DNA of 16,551 nt from a candidate division WOR-3 bacterium. GTDB taxonomy: Bacteria > Hydrothermota > Hydrothermia > JBDRYB01. Under the pieces are notes generated by a model, which made no database searches, was not told where the DNA came from, and saw nothing but the letters and a program-made list of their open reading frames with translations. Position 1 is the first letter of the stretch; every line of letters begins with the position of its first letter. Of this stretch, positions 7,892 through 14,640 are shown piece after piece. The DNA lies in contig JBDRYB010000034.1 of the NCBI GenBank assembly GCA_039803205.1, forward strand, positions 1 through 16,551. The letters run 5' to 3'. The position numbers were made by a program, and so were the translations under genes.

Positions 7892-8233
7892 ATGCCCTGG
7901 TTGATAGGCTATCCGAGGGACAAGGTTGAGTGGTATCCCACAGTGGACGCTGAGAAGTGTGTCCAATGCGGGATGTGCATGAACTGTGGCAAGGGTGTTT
8001 TTGATTGGACAGAAGACGGCCCGGTTGTTGCCAGGCCCTACGAGTGTGTGGTCGGATGTACTACCTGTGCGAACCTTTGTCAGGGTAACGCGATAAAATT
8101 CCCGCAGGTCAAGGAGCTCCGGAAGCTCTATGCGAGGGAGAAGATATGGGACAAGGTCAAGGAAGCCCTTGAAGCAGATGGAAAACTCACGCCCCTGAAC
8201 AAAAAGGAGAAGCCTGTTGGAGGGACTTCTTAA
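7892..8233 (+). CDS. Dicluster 4Fe-4S ferredoxin-family protein
   Basis: CVQCGMCMNC and CVVGCTTCANLC..AIKFP; SD GGAGG. Confidence 0.9.
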   Translation: MPWLIGYPRDKVEWYPTVDAEKCVQCGMCMNCGKGVFDWTEDGPVVARPYECVVGCTTCANLCQGNAIKFPQVKELRKLYAREKIWDKVKEALEADGKLTPLNKKEKPVGGTS

Positions 8234-8969
8234 TACCGATCTGACGAGCGTTTCCTTCCTGGTAGCGTGCGGCCTCTCATTTTTGGGAGGGCTTTTTTCG
8301 TTACTGTCTCCTTGCCATCTCGCGCTGGTGCCGGTTTATGTCTCTTTCATAACTGGCATCTCGGTTGAGGAACTGGAGTCAGGTTCCCTGGGCAGATCAA
8401 CCTGGAGGGTTCTGGCCGCCTCCTTGCTTTTTGTCCTGGGGTTCTCAACCATCTATGTTGGCGCCGGCGGGGTCTCCGGCGCTTTCGCGTCATTCTTCGG
8501 GGATCTTTTTACCCTCCACCTGCACATCATGGAGAAGATTGCTGGCGTCGTTGTCCTCCTCCTGGGGATATACCTCCTGGGCTTCAGGAAGCTAGGCTTC
8601 CTGGAAAGGGACATGAGGCTGAGGGTCTCAAGGCCAGCCAACCTCATTGGCTCATACCTTTTTGGCCTCGCTATTGCCTTTGGTTGGACGCCCTGCATCG
8701 GGCCAATCATGCTTGGAATCCTCATTATAGCCGCGACCCAGGGCGCGCTAAAGGGCATGTTTCTCCTTGGACTTTATTCCCTTGGATTGGCGATCCCCTT
8801 TGTAATATCATCCCTCGCGCTGAACGCGTTCTTCTCCCTTTTCAGAAGGATGAAGGGGTTCCTCCGGGGCATAGAAGTGGCCTCTGGCATTCTCCTCGTG
8901 ATCGCCGGGGCCCTGATTTTCTTCGGTATGCTCACGGAGGCCGTTTCCAATGTGAAGATTGGCGGATGA
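8217..8969 (+). CDS. ccdA: CcdA/DsbD-beta family membrane thiol-disulfide transporter
   Basis: GLFSLLSPCHLALVPVY and FGWTPCIGP motifs, YSLGLAIPF, about 6 TM segments; TTG start with SD AAGGAG. Confidence 0.9.
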   Translation: MEGLLNTDLTSVSFLVACGLSFLGGLFSLLSPCHLALVPVYVSFITGISVEELESGSLGRSTWRVLAASLLFVLGFSTIYVGAGGVSGAFASFFGDLFTLHLHIMEKIAGVVVLLLGIYLLGFRKLGFLERDMRLRVSRPANLIGSYLFGLAIAFGWTPCIGPIMLGILIIAATQGALKGMFLLGLYSLGLAIPFVISSLALNAFFSLFRRMKGFLRGIEVASGILLVIAGALIFFGMLTEAVSNVKIGG

Positions 8970-9003
8970 AGATGAGAGGCACTAACTTGACGGAGGATAA
9001 AAC

Positions 9004-9462
9004 ATGACTGGTCTTTTGATGAGTCTCATCATAGGGTCCACCAGCGCGCCGGACTTCACCCTCAAGGATACCGACGGGCTGAGCGTGAAGCTCTCGGATC
9101 TTGCCAGCGGTGGGCCAGTTCTCCTGGTTTTTTGGACAGCCTGTTGCAACAGGGGCCCGGACGCCCTGAGCTTCGCGACCGAGATCTACAAAGAGAAGAA
9201 GGACAAGGGCCTAAGCGTTCTTGCGGTGAACCTTGACGGAACAGGCAGGCATGGGTTCATAAGGGAGCTCGTCGCGACATACAAGTGGCCGTTCCCCGTG
9301 CTCCTTGACCCGAGCCGGGATGTCGCGGCGCAATACCGCGTGCTTGCCGTGCCCTCGTTCATCATAGTCAACAAGGACATGGAGATAGCCTACTATGGGC
9401 TGGGTTTCAGCGATGATCAGAAGAAAAAGGTAAGGGCTGAGATTGAAAAGCTCCTCAAATAG
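9004..9462 (+). CDS. TlpA/ResA-like thioredoxin-fold protein with atypical active site
   Basis: APDFTLKD..LSDL..PVLLVFWTACCNRG..VLAVN..FPVLLDP..YRVLAVPSFIIV; short hydrophobic N-terminus; SD GGAGG. Confidence 0.85.
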   Translation: MTGLLMSLIIGSTSAPDFTLKDTDGLSVKLSDLASGGPVLLVFWTACCNRGPDALSFATEIYKEKKDKGLSVLAVNLDGTGRHGFIRELVATYKWPFPVLLDPSRDVAAQYRVLAVPSFIIVNKDMEIAYYGLGFSDDQKKKVRAEIEKLLK

Positions 9463-9471
9463 GAGGTTAGC

Positions 9472-9768
9472 ATGAAACCATCCCTGCTTGAGAAAGAGAC
9501 GCCTGAGCTCTGGAAGGACTACCTCTCCCTCGCGGAGAGGGCATCCTCGGACGGCGCGATAAGCGCCAGGATGAAAGAACTGATGATGGTCGCGTTATCC
9601 GTGGCTCTCAGGTGCGAGCCCTGTCTCAGGGTTCACCTGAAAAGGGCCCTGAAGCTGGGCGCGACGAGGGCCGAGATAGCGGAGACCCTTGCGGTAACCC
9701 TTCTGATGAACGGGGGGCCCGCGGATGTCTGGTCAAGAGAGATATTTGCGGAGGTCCTTGGGGAATGA
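9472..9768 (+). CDS. Carboxymuconolactone decarboxylase/AhpD-family protein
   Basis: DGAISARMKELMMVALSVALRCEPCLRVH..GATRAEIAE..GGPA (CxxCxxxH); SD AGGAGG. Confidence 0.9.
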   Translation: MKPSLLEKETPELWKDYLSLAERASSDGAISARMKELMMVALSVALRCEPCLRVHLKRALKLGATRAEIAETLAVTLLMNGGPADVWSREIFAEVLGE

Positions 9769-10103
9769 GAATAGCCATACCGAGCAAATCAGGCGCGGAT
9801 GTGGCATATTTTCCCCTGCACGCGCCGAAGATCATCGTCTATTCCGTGGATGATAAGGGGAGCAAGAACGGCCAGGCCGTGATTGATCTGCCCTCGGACA
9901 GGAACGAGAAGCTGAAACTCATAAGGGATTCCTGCGAGGTATTCCTCTCACGGGACGGAAACCGGGACTTCCTCATGGAGATATGGGCCGAAGGCATTGG
10001 GGTTTTCATCGTTGAGGACAAGAACCCGGAGGCCGCCCTCTGGAGCTTCCTGCACGGAAAGCCAAGACCCTTTGCCTCTGGCCCATGCACATGCGGAAGG
10101 TAA
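9765..10103 (+). CDS. NifB/NifX-like (FeMo-cofactor-binding fold) protein with C-terminal CxC
   Basis: ATGA overlap with the CMD gene; MRIAIPS..VAYFPLHAPKIIVY..CEVFL..GIGVF..EAALWSFLHG..CTCGR. Divergent from the family (usual HFG reads YFP). Confidence 0.6.
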   Translation: MRIAIPSKSGADVAYFPLHAPKIIVYSVDDKGSKNGQAVIDLPSDRNEKLKLIRDSCEVFLSRDGNRDFLMEIWAEGIGVFIVEDKNPEAALWSFLHGKPRPFASGPCTCGR

Positions 10104-10106
10104 GCC

Positions 10107-11249
10107 TTGTTTGAGAAAAAAGACCTGAAGTGGGCCCTGTGGATGCTGTTCGCGTTCCTGGCGGCCTATTTCGTTCCCTGGGAACACGCTGGGGTCCTCA
10201 GTGCCCTGAAAGAAGCCTTTCTTCTTCTGCAGGATTATGCCAGAAACCATGTCCTTCTCTGCCTCGTGCCAGCCTTCTTCATAGCCGGGGCAATATCGGT
10301 TTTTGTTAACAAGGACGCTGTTATCAGGTATTTTGGGCCTAAGGCAAACAAGTTCCTCTCCTACAGCGTTGCCTCGGTCTCAGGCTCTGTTCTCGCGGTA
10401 TGCTCGTGCACTGTCCTGCCCCTTTTTGCCGGCATATACACCCATGGCGCTGGAATAGGCCCCGCAACCGCGTTTCTATACTCCGGGCCCGCAATAAATG
10501 TCCTGGCGATAATCCTCACAGCGAAGGTCCTGGGCCTTGAGCTTGGCGTTGCCAGAGCAATAGGCGCTGTTGGTTTCTCAGTAATCGTCGGGCTTCTCAT
10601 GCACCTCATCTTCCTGAGAGAGGAAAGAAAGAAGGCCGCGGATAAAAGCGAGAAGGTTATCTCCGCACCGACCAGGCCCCTGTGGAAGAACGCAACCCTC
10701 CTGGCGGCCATGGTTGGGTTCCTGATCCTCGTTAACATGGGTTTCCTCGGCTGGTGGCGTTTCGCTTGGGGAGGGGTTTTTCTCCTTATCACGATTGGGT
10801 TGTCCATAGCCTGGATGACCAAGGACGATGCCGTGGAGTGGTTCGGAGAAACATGGTTTTACGCCAAGCTAATCCTGCCTCTCCTGTTGGCGGGAGTGTT
10901 GGTATCGGGTTTCCTTCTAGGAAGGCCGGGCCATCCAGCGCTCGTGCCTGATAGCTGGGTTATCTCTCTGGTTGGAGGAAACAGCATCCGGGCAAATCTT
11001 TTTGCATCCGTGGCCGGGGCCTTCATGTATTTCGCAACCCTTACGGAGGTTCCCATACTCCAGGGTTTGATGGGTTCAGGCATGGGAAAGGGCCCCGCGC
11101 TGTCAATGCTCCTTGCGGGGCCAGCGGTTTCCTTGCCGTCAATGCTGGTTCTCCTGAGGGTGATGGGTTGGAGGAAGACCGGGGCATACCTTGGCATAGT
11201 CGTGATCCTTTCAACCCTGGCGGGCTGGATTTATGGCTCGCTTTTCTAG
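10107..11249 (+). CDS. ArsP_1/DUF318-family permease
   Basis: HVLLCLVPAFFIAGAI..LAVCSCTVLPLFAGIY..AFLYSGPAINVLAI..MYFATLTEVPI..GPALSMLLAGPAVSLPSM; TTG start. Confidence 0.9.
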   Translation: MFEKKDLKWALWMLFAFLAAYFVPWEHAGVLSALKEAFLLLQDYARNHVLLCLVPAFFIAGAISVFVNKDAVIRYFGPKANKFLSYSVASVSGSVLAVCSCTVLPLFAGIYTHGAGIGPATAFLYSGPAINVLAIILTAKVLGLELGVARAIGAVGFSVIVGLLMHLIFLREERKKAADKSEKVISAPTRPLWKNATLLAAMVGFLILVNMGFLGWWRFAWGGVFLLITIGLSIAWMTKDDAVEWFGETWFYAKLILPLLLAGVLVSGFLLGRPGHPALVPDSWVISLVGGNSIRANLFASVAGAFMYFATLTEVPILQGLMGSGMGKGPALSMLLAGPAVSLPSMLVLLRVMGWRKTGAYLGIVVILSTLAGWIYGSLF

Positions 11250-11258
11250 GAGAGATAC

Positions 11259-12338
11259 ATGAGTGAAAAGAAAAAGAAAGGTTTTCTTGATTATGTGGAG
11301 GATTTCCGGCTCCTCCCGGTTTGGGTCGTCATCAGCATGGCCATCGGCATCGGCATAGGCAAATGGGCTGGAATATCCAACTACCAGCTGACCCCTCCCA
11401 TTGACGCGATAATAGCCCTTTTCCAGGGCAAGCTCGCGTTCAGCCTGCCGAATCTGCTTGGCCTGGGCGTTGTTTTGGGACTATTTCTCATGATGTATCC
11501 CGCGATGAGCAATGTCCGTCTTGAGGACCTGGGCAAAGCCTTCAAAAGCCCGAAGCAGTTCGGCATAGTCGCTTTCTACAACTACCTAATCGCGCCCTTC
11601 TTCATGCTGGGCCTCGCGTGGTTGTTTCTCAGGAATTCTCCGGATCTCTACACCGGATTGGTCCTCTATGGCTTCGCGCCTTGCATCGCCATGGTCATTG
11701 TCTTCACATACCTGGCAAGAGGGAACAACGCTCTTGCCCTGCTTCTGGTCGCTTTCAACTCGTTGATGCAGATGATCCTTATACCGGTCTACGCGAAACT
11801 TCTTCTGGGAAGAACCGGTATATCAACCCTGGTCGTCGGAGAGAGCGTCGCACTGTATCTGGGCCTGCCTCTCATTGCCGGATTCCTTACCCGGAGGATA
11901 GGGGTTGCCCGCTGGGGAGAGCAAGGTTTTGAGAGGTTCAAGAAGGTCCTCTCCGCGGTGAGCATCCTTGGTCTTCTCTTTACCCTGATAGTGATGTTCG
12001 CTTTGAAGGGAGACCTAATCCTTGAGTGTCCCATGCTCATTCTGAAAATGGCCGTGCCCATGACCATATTCTTCTGGGCAAGTTTCATCGCGGTTTTTTA
12101 TGTGGCAAAGGCGTTCCGGCTGAACTACGAGGATTCCGCGGCTGTAGCCTTCAACTCAACCGGCAGGGATTTTGAGATAGCCATAGCCATCGCGATAACT
12201 GTCTTCAACCCCACGGTCGCGCTGGCGACGGTCGTGGGACCTTTGATTGAGGTTCCGGTCATGCTGGTTCTGGTTTGGTTCGCACGGAACAGAGCGAAGA
12301 GTTTTAGGGTCTATAAGGAGAAACCTTTGAGCGGGTGA
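11259..12338 (+). CDS. acr3: ACR3-family arsenite efflux transporter
   Basis: MMYPAM, NYLIAPFFM, APCIAMVIVFT, VAFNSLMQ, LLFTLIVMF, FEIAIAIAI, VGPLIEVPVM. Confidence 0.9.
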   Translation: MSEKKKKGFLDYVEDFRLLPVWVVISMAIGIGIGKWAGISNYQLTPPIDAIIALFQGKLAFSLPNLLGLGVVLGLFLMMYPAMSNVRLEDLGKAFKSPKQFGIVAFYNYLIAPFFMLGLAWLFLRNSPDLYTGLVLYGFAPCIAMVIVFTYLARGNNALALLLVAFNSLMQMILIPVYAKLLLGRTGISTLVVGESVALYLGLPLIAGFLTRRIGVARWGEQGFERFKKVLSAVSILGLLFTLIVMFALKGDLILECPMLILKMAVPMTIFFWASFIAVFYVAKAFRLNYEDSAAVAFNSTGRDFEIAIAIAITVFNPTVALATVVGPLIEVPVMLVLVWFARNRAKSFRVYKEKPLSG

Positions 12339-12364
12339 TTGAATCCCGTGGGTTAAAAGAGGTA

Positions 12365-12370
12365 TAATAT
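12365..12370 (+). promoter_or_regulatory. Internal -10 box, probably giving a leaderless rhodanese transcript
   Basis: TATAAT at 12365-12370, 7 nt before ATG 12378. TTGAAT at 12339-12344 gives a long (20 bp) spacer. Confidence 0.4.
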
Positions 12371-12377
12371 GAGAGTT

Positions 12378-12779
12378 ATGAAAAGGTTAGCTTTGGTTCT
12401 GGCCCTGGCCGCTCCGGCCGCTTTGGCTGAGGAGCCGCCAGCCGAGGGTATAGAGTGGGTTACGCCTGAGGAGCTCAAGGAGGCAATTGACGCGGGGGCT
12501 GGGCTTATAATCGTTGATGTGAGGTCAGAGGCCTCTTACAAGAAGGGGCACATTCCGGGCGCGATAAACATACCCTACGAGGTCATTAAGGCTAATCAGA
12601 ACATAGGCATAAAACCGGATGACATGATAGTCCTTTATTGCGACTGCGGCCACGGAGGCATAGCCCTATCTGCGGCTAGGATACTGAAGGAAAGGGGATA
12701 CAAGAACCTCTGGGTGATGCTCGGAACAACGAGGGATTACCCAGGAGAGCTTGAGAAGGTTCCGGAGGAATGGCAATGA
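12378..12779 (+). CDS. Exported single-domain rhodanese-like protein
   Basis: Signal peptide MKRLALVLALAAPAALA; IVDVRS..YKKGHIPGAINIP; IVLYCDCGHGG..SAARILKERGY. Alternative start at 12369. Confidence 0.88.
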   Translation: MKRLALVLALAAPAALAEEPPAEGIEWVTPEELKEAIDAGAGLIIVDVRSEASYKKGHIPGAINIPYEVIKANQNIGIKPDDMIVLYCDCGHGGIALSAARILKERGYKNLWVMLGTTRDYPGELEKVPEEWQ

Positions 12780-13012
12780 GGATAAAGATACTGGGGCCTG
12801 GTTGCCCCAAATGCAAGAAGATGGCGGAGCTGGCCGCGAGGGCCGTGGAGGAGCTGAGGATACAGGCTCAGGTGGAAGAGGTGCACGATGTAAAGGAGAT
12901 AGCTAGATATACCTACATCACCCCAGCCATGGTCGTGAACGAGAAGGTGGTAATGGAGGGATTGAAGCCATATCCGGCTATCCTTGAGGCCCTTAAGAAT
13001 CTGGCTGATTGA
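12776..13012 (+). CDS. MTH895/ArsE-type small thioredoxin-like protein (redox-active disulfide protein 2)
   Basis: MRIKILGPGCPKCKK..EIARY..TPAMVVNEKV; ATGA overlap with the rhodanese gene; SD GGAGG. Confidence 0.9.
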   Translation: MRIKILGPGCPKCKKMAELAARAVEELRIQAQVEEVHDVKEIARYTYITPAMVVNEKVVMEGLKPYPAILEALKNLAD

Positions 13013-13017
13013 GGGGG

Positions 13018-13995
13018 TTAGGCCGAGAGTATCCGGGCGATCTCCTCAACGAGTTCGGATAGACCCTGGCCCGTGAGCGCTGATACGATGATGGGCTTCT
13101 GTTTCCCTATTCTTTTCGGAAAGGGCCCGGGGATGAGATCCGCCTTGTTGATAGCGATGACTACCTCTTTCTCAAGCAGGCCTGGGTTGTGATGCTCCAT
13201 CTCGGAGACGAGAAGCAAGTATTGTTCGGAGACATCCCCTTGTGTCGGATCGAGCAGAAAGAGAACGGCCCTTGAGCGCTCTATGTGTCTCAGAAAAGCG
13301 GTCCCCATCCCTTTTCCTTTAGAGGCGCCCTCAATGATCCCCGGTATGTCAACCATGACGAACCTCCCTCTTATTTCGCCCAGCTCAAGGGTTCCGAGGT
13401 TCGGTCTCTTTGTTGTGAAGGGGTAGGCTCCAATTTTTGCTCCGGATCTGGTTAAAGCCCTGAGCAGACTGCTCTTCCCTGCATTCGGAAGCCCAACGAT
13501 TCCAATATCCCCAAGGGACTTGATCTCAAGCCTAATAAGACGCTCCTCGCCCTCTGTTCCTTCCTCGGCTATCCTCGGTGCCCTCATGGTTGCGGTAGCA
13601 AATCGTGCGTTTCCGCGCCCCCCTTTGCCCCCCCTGGCTACGAGCAAACTCTGCCCATCCTCGGTTATCTCGCCCAAAATCTCGCCCGTTCTCTCATCTG
13701 TGACCACTGTGCCGAGCGGAACCCTTATCAACAGGTCTTTGCCCCTTGCACCTCTCATGCCCTTCGGCTTTCCCCTGCCACCGTTCCCAGCTGAGAAGAC
13801 CCTCTGATATGTGAGATCAAACAAGTTGCGCTTCCTTTCGTCCCCCACGAGGAAAACAGAACCCCCATCTCCGCCGTCACCCCCATCAGGCCCTCCACGA
13901 GGGACATATCTCTCTCGCCTGAAATGAACGAGCCCATCCCCGCCCCTGCCTGCCTTGACCTTTATGGTGAGAAGATCAACATAGCGCTCCTTCAC
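13018..13995 (-). CDS. obgE: GTPase Obg/CgtA (no extended C-terminal domain)
   Basis: Gly-rich Obg fold (GRGGDG..PRGGPDGGDGGDGG), G1 GLPNAGKS, YPFTT, DIPG, NKAD, SAL. Confidence 0.97.
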   Translation of the reverse strand: MKERYVDLLTIKVKAGRGGDGLVHFRRERYVPRGGPDGGDGGDGGSVFLVGDERKRNLFDLTYQRVFSAGNGGRGKPKGMRGARGKDLLIRVPLGTVVTDERTGEILGEITEDGQSLLVARGGKGGRGNARFATATMRAPRIAEEGTEGEERLIRLEIKSLGDIGIVGLPNAGKSSLLRALTRSGAKIGAYPFTTKRPNLGTLELGEIRGRFVMVDIPGIIEGASKGKGMGTAFLRHIERSRAVLFLLDPTQGDVSEQYLLLVSEMEHHNPGLLEKEVVIAINKADLIPGPFPKRIGKQKPIIVSALTGQGLSELVEEIARILSA

Positions 13996-14016
13996 AGATA
14001 TATTATGCCGTGATGA

Positions 14017-14553
14017 CTATTCCCTGAACCAGTATTCGGGGGCCTCCCGAACTTCCTCGGATACCTTCCTAAGGATCTCGTTCCCTCTATCCGTTTCTCC
14101 GAGCATGATGTAGCACATTGCCATTAATCTCATAGCATCAAGCCTAAACTCTGAGTTCGGGAACCTATCAAGTTCTTCCGTGAAGGCTTCCAAAGCCTTT
14201 TGGTATTCTTGGATTGAGAAATAACACATCCCCATCCAGTAGAGAACCTCGTTCAACTGCCTTCCATCCGGGAACCGCTCAGCGTATATTTTGAAGGCGG
14301 AAGCGGCAGGGCCAAACATCTTTTCCTTATAGAACAGGGTTCCTGCGTAATAGAACGCGTCCTGGGCCCTTTTGGAGCTTGGGAAATTCACGGCTAGCTT
14401 GAAAAACATCTCCGCGGCTAGAGAGTCGTTCCCCGACTCGTAGAGTTCTGTGGCTTTGAGGTAAAGCTCCTCGTCCGGGGTGATAGGAGGTGCGACAGTT
14501 GATAACCCATCGTTTCCGGAGAATGCCACAACTACCATCAACAAAAACTTCAT
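14017..14553 (-). CDS. Exported tetratricopeptide-repeat protein (BamD/CpoB-like)
   Basis: Repeated helical units ending FPSSKRAQDAFY, FPDGRQLNEVLYWMG, FPNSEFRLDAM; short hydrophobic N-terminus. Confidence 0.8.
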   Translation of the reverse strand: MKFLLMVVVAFSGNDGLSTVAPPITPDEELYLKATELYESGNDSLAAEMFFKLAVNFPSSKRAQDAFYYAGTLFYKEKMFGPAASAFKIYAERFPDGRQLNEVLYWMGMCYFSIQEYQKALEAFTEELDRFPNSEFRLDAMRLMAMCYIMLGETDRGNEILRKVSEEVREAPEYWFRE

Positions 14554-14562
14554 AGCTACATA

Positions 14563-14591
14563 ATTATAACTGAAAACGCAAATGCGATCAA
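14563..14591 (-). promoter_or_regulatory. Sigma70-type promoter of the TPR gene
   Basis: Minus strand TTGATC (14591-14586), 17 bp spacer, TATAAT (14568-14563), 9 nt before the ATG. Confidence 0.65.
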
Positions 14592-14622
14592 GAACAAAAG
14601 CCTCTGGACGCGTCCGGAGGCT
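14590..14622 (-). terminator. Intrinsic terminator after the FG-GAP gene
   Basis: Minus strand AGCCTCCGGA-cgcg-TCCAGAGGCT (one mismatch) running into a T-rich tail (TTTTGTTCTT). Confidence 0.6.
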
Positions 14623-14640
14623 GGGGCTATTGCCGCGGGA

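Noticed and set aside
9612..9764. Longer start for the NifX-like ORF
   Set aside because: It lies within the CMD gene; ATG 9765 gives an ATGA overlap and a family-typical MRIAIP start.
10361..12088. Long antisense ORFs opposite the membrane-protein genes (also those opposite pyrH, ccdA and the FG-GAP gene)
   Set aside because: Shadow ORFs of well-supported genes, without SD or motifs.
7892..13012. Selenoproteins via TGA read-through in the redox cluster
   Set aside because: All TGA stops fall at expected C-termini, two overlap the next ATG, and none aligns to a redox Cys position.
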